From: Candidatus Methylomirabilia bacterium
Lineage (GTDB): Bacteria > Methylomirabilota > Methylomirabilia > Rokubacteriales > CSP1-6
Length of the DNA: 36,161 nt
NCBI GenBank assembly: GCA_046758965.1
Contig: JBHIBG010000020.1
Coordinates: 1 to 36,161 of the forward strand
Direction: 5' to 3'
In this document: positions 1 through 8,193 of the stretch, piece after piece
How positions within the stretch are numbered: the stretch's first letter is position 1
Layout of the letters: every line of letters starts with the position of its first letter
Notes under the pieces: generated by a model
Database searches by the model: none
The model's input: the letters and a program-made list of their open reading frames with translations, nothing else
What the model was told of the DNA's origin: nothing
Program-made: the position numbers and the translations under genes

Positions 1-2
1 CC

Positions 3-1088
3 CATCGCGACATCCCGCCGTGGGCCAACTCCTCCATGGACGGCTTCGTGGTCTGCTCCCGGGATACACAGGGCGCATCCCGGGAGCGTCCGGCAGAGTT
101 CACCGTGGCGGGGAAGATCCCCGCAGGGACCACGGCCTCCCGGCCTCTCGCGCGTGGAGAGGCGTTCCGAATTTTCACCGGAGCTCCGCTCCCGGAAGGC
201 GCAGACAGCGTGGTCCCGCAGGAAGAGGTGGAGACGGACGGGACTTCGGTGAAGATCCTGCGCGCGGTGGCGCCCGGGGAATACGTCCGCCCCGCGGGTG
301 AGGACATGCGTGCGGGCGACGTGGTGCTCGAGCCCGGTCAACTGGTGGGCGCGCCTGAGGTCGGTCTCCTGGCCACGCTTGGGAACGCTCATGTTCAGGT
401 CTTCAGGCGTCCGCGTGTGGCGATTCTCTCCACCGGGGACGAACTGGTGGAGCTGGGCGGCCCGATCTCCGCCGGGAAGATCCTCAACTCGAATACCTAT
501 TCGCTTATGGCCCAGGTGCTTGAAGCTGGCGGCGAGCCCATTCACCTGGGGGTCGCAGCAGATCGCCTGCCGGCTATCGTGGAGCACCTCCGATGGGGGC
601 TCTCCGCCGATCTCCTGATCTCTTCCGCTGGAGTGTCGGTGGGAGAGTTTGATCTTGTGCGAGAGGCGCTGACCCAGTTGGGCGCCGAGCTTCATCTGTG
701 GCAGGTGGCTATGCGGCCGGGTAAGCCGATCACCTTCGGCTCGCTCGGGCCCCGACCGGTCTTCGGGCTCCCCGGCAACCCGGTTTCAGCCATGGTGACC
801 TTCGAACTCTTCGTGCGCCCTGCGCTCAGAAAGATGGCCGGCCACCGCGCTCTGCACCGTCCCACGGTTCACGCCAAGGTGCTGGCTCCGATCGCCAACC
901 CGGGGAGGCGCCGTGGCTACCTCCGGGTCGTGCTGGAGCAGACGAAGGACGGCTACAGCGCCCGACTTACCGGGGATCAGGGCTCGGCCATTGTCCGGTC
1001 GATGGTAGCTGCGGATGGACTTGCCGTGGTCCCCCCCGATACGACGATCCCGGAGGGCAGCCAAGTAACGGTTATTCTTCTCAGATAG
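3..1088 (+). CDS. moeA: Molybdopterin molybdotransferase MoeA (5'-truncated at window edge)
   Basis: Frame is open from base 3 (HRDIPPWANSSMDGF, the MoeA PP.xNSAMDG motif). Also IFTGAPLPEGAD, LSTGDEL, SAGVSVGEFD, MRPGKP, GLPGNPVS. Confidence 0.95.
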   Translation, partial: HRDIPPWANSSMDGFVVCSRDTQGASRERPAEFTVAGKIPAGTTASRPLARGEAFRIFTGAPLPEGADSVVPQEEVETDGTSVKILRAVAPGEYVRPAGEDMRAGDVVLEPGQLVGAPEVGLLATLGNAHVQVFRRPRVAILSTGDELVELGGPISAGKILNSNTYSLMAQVLEAGGEPIHLGVAADRLPAIVEHLRWGLSADLLISSAGVSVGEFDLVREALTQLGAELHLWQVAMRPGKPITFGSLGPRPVFGLPGNPVSAMVTFELFVRPALRKMAGHRALHRPTVHAKVLAPIANPGRRRGYLRVVLEQTKDGYSARLTGDQGSAIVRSMVAADGLAVVPPDTTIPEGSQVTVILLR

Positions 1089-1092
1089 GACC

Positions 1093-1121
1093 TTGACAAA
1101 CCCGGGACAAGGCGGCATTCT
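1093..1121 (+). promoter_or_regulatory. Putative sigma70 promoter for the soxYZ-like gene
   Basis: TTGACA (1093-1098), 17 bp spacer, CATTCT (1116-1121). Confidence 0.55.
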
Positions 1122-1146
1122 TGACTATACCGATTGGTAAAGTCGA
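1121..1146. promoter_or_regulatory. Imperfect palindromic operator
   Basis: TTGACTATACCGATTGGTAAAGTCGA matches its reverse complement at 20 of 26 positions; core TACC-N4-GGTA. It overlaps the predicted transcription start. Confidence 0.5.
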
Positions 1147-1155
1147 GAATTGCTC

Positions 1156-1914
1156 ATGACTACCGACCTCGCGCGCCGCAGCTTACTCATCGGGATTGGT
1201 CTCAGTCTCCTGGTGCCCCGACCAGTCCGGGCCCAGCGGAGCCTCGACCGCCAGCACCGGCCCCAGCTTGACCTCCCTATCCTAGCTGAGGACCCGACGG
1301 CTGTCCCGATTCACGCCTGGGTGGATCACCCGATGGAACCCGACCACTACATCAAGTCGATCGAGATCCGGATGGACAAGGACCCGGTGGCCTACAAGGG
1401 AAAATTCCTTTTTACCCCAGCTAACGGCCGGGCATCGGTAGCCTTCCAGATGCGCTCAGGCGTTGGCGGGGTGGTGACCGCCGAGGCCGACTGCTCCAAA
1501 CACGGCCGATTCGTCGGGACAAAGGAAGTGCGCGTGACGGAGGGCGGGTGCACGACGGCGCCGGATCAAAGCGGGCGGAATCGGCTCGGCAACCCTATGC
1601 TGCGCCTGCCGCGTTCCATCAGGGTCGGCAGGATCGTTGAGGTCAGGACGAAGGTTGACCACAACTCCTACACCGGGCTGGCGCTCAAGAACGGCAGGTT
1701 CATCCGCCAGGTGCCGGCGTTCTACATCAAGCAGATGCTCGTGTACCTCGACGAGCAGAAAGTCAGCGAGTTCCAGATGACCTCAGCGGTCAGCCCGGAC
1801 CCACTGATCCGATTCCCCTTGAAGGCGACGCGGAGCGGGAGGCTCCGCGTGGTGTTCATCAACAACGAAGGCCTCCGCTGGGAGGTCGCCGAGCAGCTCC
1901 GGCCGAGAGGGTAA
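1156..1914 (+). CDS. Tat-exported SoxY-SoxZ-like fusion carrier with a desulfoferrodoxin/SOR-like metal site
   Basis: Twin-Arg signal ARRSLL...VRA. SoxY-like PILAEDPTAVP and VRVTEGGC. SoxZ-like C-terminal half (VDHNSYTGL, AVSPDPLIRF). SOR-like QHRP, HPMEPDHYI and CSKHG. Start is ATG 1156 or TTG 1150. Confidence 0.8.
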   Translation: MTTDLARRSLLIGIGLSLLVPRPVRAQRSLDRQHRPQLDLPILAEDPTAVPIHAWVDHPMEPDHYIKSIEIRMDKDPVAYKGKFLFTPANGRASVAFQMRSGVGGVVTAEADCSKHGRFVGTKEVRVTEGGCTTAPDQSGRNRLGNPMLRLPRSIRVGRIVEVRTKVDHNSYTGLALKNGRFIRQVPAFYIKQMLVYLDEQKVSEFQMTSAVSPDPLIRFPLKATRSGRLRVVFINNEGLRWEVAEQLRPRG

Positions 1915-1947
1915 CGCTCCGATGGATGACGGGAACAGGAGGATGTC

Positions 1948-2913
1948 ATGATTCGACGCATCTCGTGGTGCCTGGCAGTGTTACTCGCAGCGTTTCTGGT
2001 GGCGAGCCCGGCTTTCGCCTACACAGTCTACGTCACCAACCAGGGGGAGAACTCCCTGTCGATCATCGACGGGAAGGCCAGGAAGGTGCTCAGGACTGTG
2101 AAGGTTAGCCAGGTCAAGCCCCATAACGCCGTCCTGTCCAAGGGGAACAGGTGGCTCTATATCGCCAACGTCGGGTCCGGGTCAGTCACGGTCTTCGACC
2201 CCGCCTCCGAGACCGAGGTCGCCACGATTCCCGCCGGCAAGGGGTGTCACGGCGTCACGCTGACGCCCGACGGGAAGCAGCTCTGGGCAGCCAACGTCAA
2301 GGCCAATACCGTGTCGGTCATCGACGTGGCCAGCGAGAGGGTGATCCGCACCATTCAGGTAGGGACCAAGCCCATGCTGGTCGCCTTCAGCCAGGACGGC
2401 AAGAAGGCCTATGTCTCCAACGGCGGGTCCGGAGATGTCTACGTGGTTGACACGGCCTCTGGCGACGTGTTGAAGAAGCTCTTCGCGGGCAAAGGCGCGA
2501 TGGGGATCGCCGTGACTCCTGATGGGAAGGAGCTCTGGGTCACCGAAGGCGGGGATAGCATCGTCTCGATCATCGATACCCAGAACGACGAGGTGGCGGG
2601 CGAGATCAAGATCGGCGCCGACACCCACGGGGTGGTTATCTCCGCTGACGGCAAGAGGGCGTACGTCACCGTCCGGAAGGAACACTTCGTGGCGGTCGTG
2701 GATGTGTCGAGCCGAACGGTGCTCTCGAAGATTCCCGTTTCTGGCCTCCCTGACATTCCGGACCTCTCTCCTGACGGCAAGGAGCTCTGGCTCACCAGCC
2801 GGAAGGCGAAGGCCGTGGACATCATCGATCTCACGACCAACCGGAAGGTCGCCACAATCTCCGTCGGGACGACAGACAACCCCGATCCCCATGGGCTCGT
2901 GATCACCAAGTAG
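1948..2913 (+). CDS. Secreted YVTN/YncE-family 7-bladed beta-propeller protein
   Basis: Sec signal ending AFA; seven ~42-aa repeats (YVTN..., TPDGK.LW); RBS AGGAGG upstream. Confidence 0.9.
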   Translation: MIRRISWCLAVLLAAFLVASPAFAYTVYVTNQGENSLSIIDGKARKVLRTVKVSQVKPHNAVLSKGNRWLYIANVGSGSVTVFDPASETEVATIPAGKGCHGVTLTPDGKQLWAANVKANTVSVIDVASERVIRTIQVGTKPMLVAFSQDGKKAYVSNGGSGDVYVVDTASGDVLKKLFAGKGAMGIAVTPDGKELWVTEGGDSIVSIIDTQNDEVAGEIKIGADTHGVVISADGKRAYVTVRKEHFVAVVDVSSRTVLSKIPVSGLPDIPDLSPDGKELWLTSRKAKAVDIIDLTTNRKVATISVGTTDNPDPHGLVITK

Positions 2914-2938
2914 GGGCGCGACCCAGTCGGAGAGTTCG

Positions 2939-3961
2939 CTACGCGCGGCGGAGGTAGAGCGCCCAGAGGGCGAGGTAGGCTCCCAGGCCCATCGAGGCGA
3001 AGGCCACGAGGCTTCCCACCGCCAGGGTCGCCGAGTTGGTGAGACCCTGGGTGATGTTGCATCCGTCCGCGAGGATTCCGCCGGCTCCCATCAAGAGGCC
3101 GCCGGCGAAGATCTTGACCAGGCTCCAGCCCGGGGGAAGCTTCCAGCGGAATTCTCCTGAATGCCAGGCCCCGATGAAAGCGCCCACAGGGACCCCGAGC
3201 AGGAGGATCATGCTCCAGGTCACCCGCGTCGGATAGCCCACCAGAGGATAGGTGAGGGCATGACTGGTGTTGATGGCAAAGGTGATGCCGGTGGGAGCCC
3301 TCCCGAAGTTGGAGGCCCACCACCCGAGCGCGATCACGACACCGACCACCGTTCCCGTGAGCGGCCACGGCCACTTGCCGTGTTCGGGTTCCGCCGCCCC
3401 GCGCCAGAGCACCCAGCCGAGCAGAATTCCCAGCGGGACGATCACTGTCCAGGGTGAGAGATCGGCCGCCCCGAACAGCTTGCCGACGACGTTGTAGACC
3501 GTCGGAGACGCCTCACCCAATGTGAGGCTGGGGGTCTGGAGCGTCCGGCGGAGAGGCGCCAGCGCGCCCACGGAGGTCGTCGTGGCCCCCATGGCGAACC
3601 CGAGGAGCACCACCCATGCTCCCACGGCCCCCTCTCCCGTGCGGTACCAGGTGCTCCCTGAGCACCCCCCTGATAGGATCATCCCGAAGCCGAAGGTGAG
3701 ACCGCCAACGAGGTTGGCAACCCAGCGGAAAGGGCGAATCGGGATTTCAACCAATCCCCAGGAGAGGAGGAGATGGACGCCAACCGTGGCGACCAGGAGA
3801 GCGAGCCCGTACGCGCGGAGTATGGCGGCGTCTCCCATGATGAAGAGGTTGGAGAGGGCGCGCGTGAGACAGAATCCGCCCCGCTGGGTTGCGTAGCCAA
3901 ACGCGAGCCCCGTGAGGAGAGCGGAGAGATAAAAGGGCCAGGTCGTCTCGTCCATCGCCAC
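2939..3961 (-). CDS. YeeE/YedE family sulfur-compound (thiosulfate) transporter
   Basis: Polytopic hydrophobic protein with RGGFCL, GMILSGGCSG and ADGCNI conserved Cys motifs. Start may be 3955. Confidence 0.88.
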   Translation of the reverse strand: MAMDETTWPFYLSALLTGLAFGYATQRGGFCLTRALSNLFIMGDAAILRAYGLALLVATVGVHLLLSWGLVEIPIRPFRWVANLVGGLTFGFGMILSGGCSGSTWYRTGEGAVGAWVVLLGFAMGATTTSVGALAPLRRTLQTPSLTLGEASPTVYNVVGKLFGAADLSPWTVIVPLGILLGWVLWRGAAEPEHGKWPWPLTGTVVGVVIALGWWASNFGRAPTGITFAINTSHALTYPLVGYPTRVTWSMILLLGVPVGAFIGAWHSGEFRWKLPPGWSLVKIFAGGLLMGAGGILADGCNITQGLTNSATLAVGSLVAFASMGLGAYLALWALYLRRA

Positions 3962-4010
3962 CCATCATAAATCCGGGAGGTTGTTCGGAGTAGAGATGTG
4001 TGCAAAGGTA

Positions 4011-4040
4011 TTGACTATTTTTGAAACGCTGTGCTAGGGT
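4011..4040 (+). promoter_or_regulatory. Putative sigma70 promoter for cpoB
   Basis: TTGACT (4011-4016), 18 bp spacer, extended -10 TGcTAGGGT, in an AT-rich patch. Confidence 0.5.
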
Positions 4041-4049
4041 GGCTTGCTT

Positions 4050-4844
4050 ATGCGGTCGATAAGGGTCCCGTGGTGGGCGGTGGCTGGCGCGCTCCTGTTT
4101 GTCCTGGCGGGCTGCGCCTCCCGTGCGACCATTCGCCAAGCCAGCGATGAGGTTGCCAGGCTCAGGGTCCGGCTGGCAGGAGTGCGCGAGGTCAATGAGT
4201 CCACCACGCGAGAGCTCGCCCGGATGACGCTGGAGCTCAAGGATCTCGCCGAGGAGGTGGCGCGGGTGGCTCGGGCGGGTCGGGAGGTGACCGCGCAGGT
4301 TTCCCGCCTCGAGGCGGGGCTCGCACAGACCGAGAGGGCCGTCCTCGAGCTCGAGAGTTCTGTGGACGGCCTGTCCCGAGAGGTGAGCCGCCTCGCGGCG
4401 ACCCCGAAGCCGGCGGAACCGACGATCGAAAAACCTCCCGCGCAGGCGCCCTCTCCTGAGCAGCTCTACGCCTCGGCGCTCGCCAACTTGCGCGGCGGCG
4501 AGCACGGGCAGGCCGTGTTGGAGTTCCTCGACTTCATCGCCATGTATCCCCGGCATCACCTGGCGGGCTCCGCGCAGTATTGGATCGGTGAGGCGTATTA
4601 CCTCCAGAAGGATTACCGCCAGGCGCTGGCCGAGTTCCGGAAAGTGGTGCAGGAGTATGAGGAGAGCGAGAAGGTCGCCGATGGACTCCTAAAGATCGGC
4701 CTCTGCTACAAAGCTCTGCATCAGCCCCAGCGTGCCCGCGCCGCTTGGAAGAGGGTCATCAGGGAGTTTTCAGGAAGTGAGGCCGCCCGCAGGGCAGCGC
4801 GTCTCATCCAAGCCCGCGCCACCTCGTCCCGCCCGGCTCGCTGA
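4050..4844 (+). CDS. cpoB: Tol-Pal system protein CpoB/YbgF (lipoprotein; coiled coil plus TPR)
   Basis: Lipobox LAGC, long heptad region, TPR motifs YPRHHLAGSAQYWIGEAYY and KVADGLLKIG. Confidence 0.85.
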   Translation: MRSIRVPWWAVAGALLFVLAGCASRATIRQASDEVARLRVRLAGVREVNESTTRELARMTLELKDLAEEVARVARAGREVTAQVSRLEAGLAQTERAVLELESSVDGLSREVSRLAATPKPAEPTIEKPPAQAPSPEQLYASALANLRGGEHGQAVLEFLDFIAMYPRHHLAGSAQYWIGEAYYLQKDYRQALAEFRKVVQEYEESEKVADGLLKIGLCYKALHQPQRARAAWKRVIREFSGSEAARRAARLIQARATSSRPAR

Positions 4845-4870
4845 TCCCTGTGCCGGGCGGCCCCCGGATT

Positions 4871-4898
4871 TTGATGCCCCTCGATGCTCCGGTATACT
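4871..4898 (+). promoter_or_regulatory. Putative sigma70 promoter for the dprA operon
   Basis: TTGATG (4871-4876), 16 bp spacer, TATACT (4893-4898). Confidence 0.5.
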
Positions 4899-4933
4899 GA
4901 GATTCACTGTTTAGAGCGCTGCGTGTTTCGGGT

Positions 4934-5929
4934 ATGGGTGCGAGAGAAGAGCAGGATCGGTGGAGCCAGGTCGCCGCGAGGGTCTCGCCGGCACCCACTG
5001 CTCCCCAATGGGGCGGTGCCGTCGAGGAGCAGCGGGCGCGTGCGGAGCGGGTGGGGGCACGGCTGGTCTTGTTGGACGACAGCGACTATCCGGCACAGCT
5101 CAGAGCGATCCCATCTCCACCCGCGTTCCTGTTTGTTCGTGGAGAGATCCGCGCCGAAGACTCCCTGGCGGTGGCGGTCGTGGGCTCGCGGCGCGCAACT
5201 CTATACGGGCTTCACGTGGCGGAGCGGCTCGCGGGCGACTTGGTCGCGCGGGGCATCACGGTAGTCAGCGGGCTCGCCCGGGGGGTGGACACTGCGGCGC
5301 ATCGCGGTGCGCTCGCTCGCGGCGGCCGGACGATTGCGGTTCTCGGATCGGGGGCAGATGTGATCTACCCCCCCGAAAACCGGGCTCTCGCCTCTCAGAT
5401 CATCGGGCGCGGAGCTCTGGTCTCCCAACTGCCAATGGGGACGCCCCCGCTGGCGAGACATTTCCCTGTGCGCAACCGCACGATCGCAGGCCTCGCGCTG
5501 GGGACCGTCGTGGTGGAGGCCGGGGAGGAAAGCGGGGCCCTGATCACTGCCGGGCATGCGGGCGAGCTGGGACGAGAGGTTTTTGCGGTACCCGGGAACA
5601 TCACGACCGAGATGAGTCGAGGAGTCAATCGTCTCATCCAGGATGGTGCTAAACTTGTTCAAGGGTGGGGAGATATCGTCTCCGAGCTGCCGGAGGTGTG
5701 GCGGCAGTGCCTGGTGGATCCCGACCCGGAGCGGTCACGGCGCCCTCTCGACGGGGATGGGCGCCGTCTGCTGGAGCTGATCGGCCTGGAGCCGGTCAAC
5801 ATCGAGCGGCTCATCGAGCAGAGCGGCGTTCCCGCGGGCCGGCTCGCCGCGCTCCTCTCGTCGCTTGAACTGGACGGGTGGGTGCGGCAGCTGCCGGGGA
5901 AGATGTACATCCAGGTGAGCTCCGCCTGA
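4934..5929 (+). CDS. dprA: DNA-processing protein DprA
   Basis: AVVGSR, VSGLARGVD, FPVRNRTIAG, SGALITA, REVFAVPG; C-terminal winged-helix LELDG. Confidence 0.95.
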   Translation: MGAREEQDRWSQVAARVSPAPTAPQWGGAVEEQRARAERVGARLVLLDDSDYPAQLRAIPSPPAFLFVRGEIRAEDSLAVAVVGSRRATLYGLHVAERLAGDLVARGITVVSGLARGVDTAAHRGALARGGRTIAVLGSGADVIYPPENRALASQIIGRGALVSQLPMGTPPLARHFPVRNRTIAGLALGTVVVEAGEESGALITAGHAGELGREVFAVPGNITTEMSRGVNRLIQDGAKLVQGWGDIVSELPEVWRQCLVDPDPERSRRPLDGDGRRLLELIGLEPVNIERLIEQSGVPAGRLAALLSSLELDGWVRQLPGKMYIQVSSA

Positions 5930-5940
5930 AGGAGAAAAAG

Positions 5941-8193
5941 GTGGCCAAGCGCGCGTTGGTGGTGGTTGAGTCGCCGACCAAGGTGAAGACCATTCGGAAG
6001 TATCTGGACTCCTCCTACGTCGTGAAGGCGTCCATGGGGCACATCCTCGACCTTCCCAAGACCCGGCTGGGCGTGGATGTGAAGAAGGGGTTCAAGCCAG
6101 AGTACCGGGTCCTCCCGAGCAAGCGAAAAGTGCTGCAGGAGCTCCGGACGGCTGCGGAAAAGACCGAGGCCCTCTATGTGGCCACCGACCCTGATCGGGA
6201 GGGCGAGGCCATCGGGTGGCATCTGGCCCGTGAGTTGCCGGTGGCCAAACGGAAGGTCTACCGGGTGCTGTTCAACGAGATCACCGAGCGGGCGATCAAG
6301 GCCGCCTTCCGGAATCCTGCGAAGATCGACCCCAACAAGGTGGATGCCCAGCAGGCCCGGCGCGTGCTGGATCGGCTGGTGGGCTACAACCTCTCTCCCC
6401 TCCTCTGGGACAAGGTGAAACGGGGGCTCTCTGCGGGGCGAGTGCAATCCGTTGCCGTCCGGCTCGTCGCTGACCGCGAGCGAGAGGTCCAGGCCTTCGT
6501 TCCGGTCGAGTACTGGACGCTTCACGCCGCGCTCCGGGCGGCCCATGCCCCGGAGTTCACCGCCACGCTGAAGGAGCTCCGTGGCGAGAAGGTGAACCTG
6601 CCCAGCGAGGCGGAGGTCCAGGCGGCCGTCCGTGATCTTCAGAATGCCCGGTTTGTGGTCAGCGTGGTCAGCCGTGGGGAGCGCAGAAGGAATCCGGCGC
6701 CACCTTTCATCACCTCTACACTCCAGCAGGAGGCCGGACGGAAGCTGGGCTTCACCGCCAAGAAGACCATGGCACTGGCTCAGCAGCTCTACGAGGGGGT
6801 GGAGATCGGAGCGGAGGGACCGGTCGGGCTCATTACCTATATGCGGACCGACTCCATGCGCGTGGCGCGCGAAGCCCAGCAAGAAGCCCGGGAGTGGCTG
6901 GTGCGCCAGCTCGGGGCAGCGTACGTGCCCGAGGAGGCGCCAGCCTACCGCGCGAAGAAGCGCGTCCAGGATGCTCACGAGGCGATCCGCCCCACCACGG
7001 TGGCGTGGGAGCGCAAGCGGCTCGTGCGGTTCCTGAGCTCGGATCAGCTGGCGCTCTACACGCTGATCTGGGAGCGGTTTGTCGCGAGCCAGATGCGCCC
7101 GGCTGTCTACGATACGGTGGCCGTCGACATCGAGGCGGGCCCTGGCCTCTTCAAGGTCCAGGGCTCGACACTCCGTTTCCCCGGCTTCCTGGCTGTGTAC
7201 GGGAAGAATCGGCAGGAGGCTTCCTCCGAGGAGGATGCCGAGACGACGCTGCCACCTCTTGAGCAGGGGGAGGGGCTCGAGCTGCTCGCGCTCGAGCCCA
7301 AGCAGCACTTCACGCAGCCGCCGGCTCGCTACACCGAGGCCTCGCTCGTGAAGGAGCTGGAGGAACGGGGGATTGGCCGGCCGTCGACATACGCGCAGAT
7401 CCTGAGCACGATCCAGGGACGGGACTACGTGCGCCGGGAGAAGGGCACCCTCCATCCCACCGAGCTCGGCATGCAAGTCACTGATCTCCTGCTCTCCTCC
7501 TTTCCAGAGATCATGGACGTGGAGTTCACGGCGCAGATGGAAGAGTCGCTGGACGAGGTCGAAGAGGGGGATGTCCCCTGGGTGGATGCCGTCCGCCAGT
7601 TCTATCGCCTCTTCGCCTCCCGCCTCAGCAAGGCCAAGGTCCAGATGACCGACCTCAAGCGCGGAACGGACACGGGCCAGCCGTGCCCCCAGTGCAACCG
7701 CCCCCTCCTGGAACGGTGGGGCCGGTTCGGCAAGTTTCTGGCCTGCTCCGGCTACCCAGAGTGCAAGTTCACCCAGAACCTGAACGGCGATGGCAGAGGG
7801 CGGCCCGAGGAGGTGGTTACGGAGGAGACGTGCGAGCAGTGCGGCAAGCTGCTGGTGATCCGGGAGGGGCGGTACGGGAAGTTCCTTGCCTGCCAGGGTT
7901 ACCCTGAGTGCAGGAATACCAGGCCTCTGACAACCGGGATCCGCTGTCCCCTCAATGGCTGTGGCGGCGGGCTGGTGGAGCGTCGTTCGAGGCGGGGAAA
8001 AGTCTTCTACGCCTGTTCCAGCTACCCGAGCTGCAAGTTCATCCTCTGGCAGCGGCCCGTCCTCGAACCGTGTCCGAAGTGTGGGGCACCGTTCCTGGTG
8101 GAACGGATGGCTCGCGGGAAGAAGGCGGTGCGCTCCTGCGCGAGAAAGGAGTGCGACTACCAGCACGAGCCCGAGAACGCCGTCCTGCCATGA
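5941..8193 (+). CDS. topA: DNA topoisomerase I
   Basis: GTG start after AAGGAG. VVESPTK, ATDPDREGEAI, SAGRVQS, LITYMRTDS (catalytic Tyr), AHEAIRPT, C-terminal C4 zinc ribbons. Confidence 0.97.
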   Translation: MAKRALVVVESPTKVKTIRKYLDSSYVVKASMGHILDLPKTRLGVDVKKGFKPEYRVLPSKRKVLQELRTAAEKTEALYVATDPDREGEAIGWHLARELPVAKRKVYRVLFNEITERAIKAAFRNPAKIDPNKVDAQQARRVLDRLVGYNLSPLLWDKVKRGLSAGRVQSVAVRLVADREREVQAFVPVEYWTLHAALRAAHAPEFTATLKELRGEKVNLPSEAEVQAAVRDLQNARFVVSVVSRGERRRNPAPPFITSTLQQEAGRKLGFTAKKTMALAQQLYEGVEIGAEGPVGLITYMRTDSMRVAREAQQEAREWLVRQLGAAYVPEEAPAYRAKKRVQDAHEAIRPTTVAWERKRLVRFLSSDQLALYTLIWERFVASQMRPAVYDTVAVDIEAGPGLFKVQGSTLRFPGFLAVYGKNRQEASSEEDAETTLPPLEQGEGLELLALEPKQHFTQPPARYTEASLVKELEERGIGRPSTYAQILSTIQGRDYVRREKGTLHPTELGMQVTDLLLSSFPEIMDVEFTAQMEESLDEVEEGDVPWVDAVRQFYRLFASRLSKAKVQMTDLKRGTDTGQPCPQCNRPLLERWGRFGKFLACSGYPECKFTQNLNGDGRGRPEEVVTEETCEQCGKLLVIREGRYGKFLACQGYPECRNTRPLTTGIRCPLNGCGGGLVERRSRRGKVFYACSSYPSCKFILWQRPVLEPCPKCGAPFLVERMARGKKAVRSCARKECDYQHEPENAVLP

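Noticed and set aside
1150..1914. Canonical Sox thiosulfate oxidation pathway
   Set aside because: No soxA, B, X, C or D in the window, and the GGC cysteine is internal rather than on a free C-terminal GGCGG arm.
5659..8166. Long antisense ORFs (also 9740-11716, 19554-20924, 26023-27666, 30282-31826)
   Set aside because: They mirror well-identified genes on the opposite strand and have no motifs; this is the expected shadow of GC-rich codon usage.
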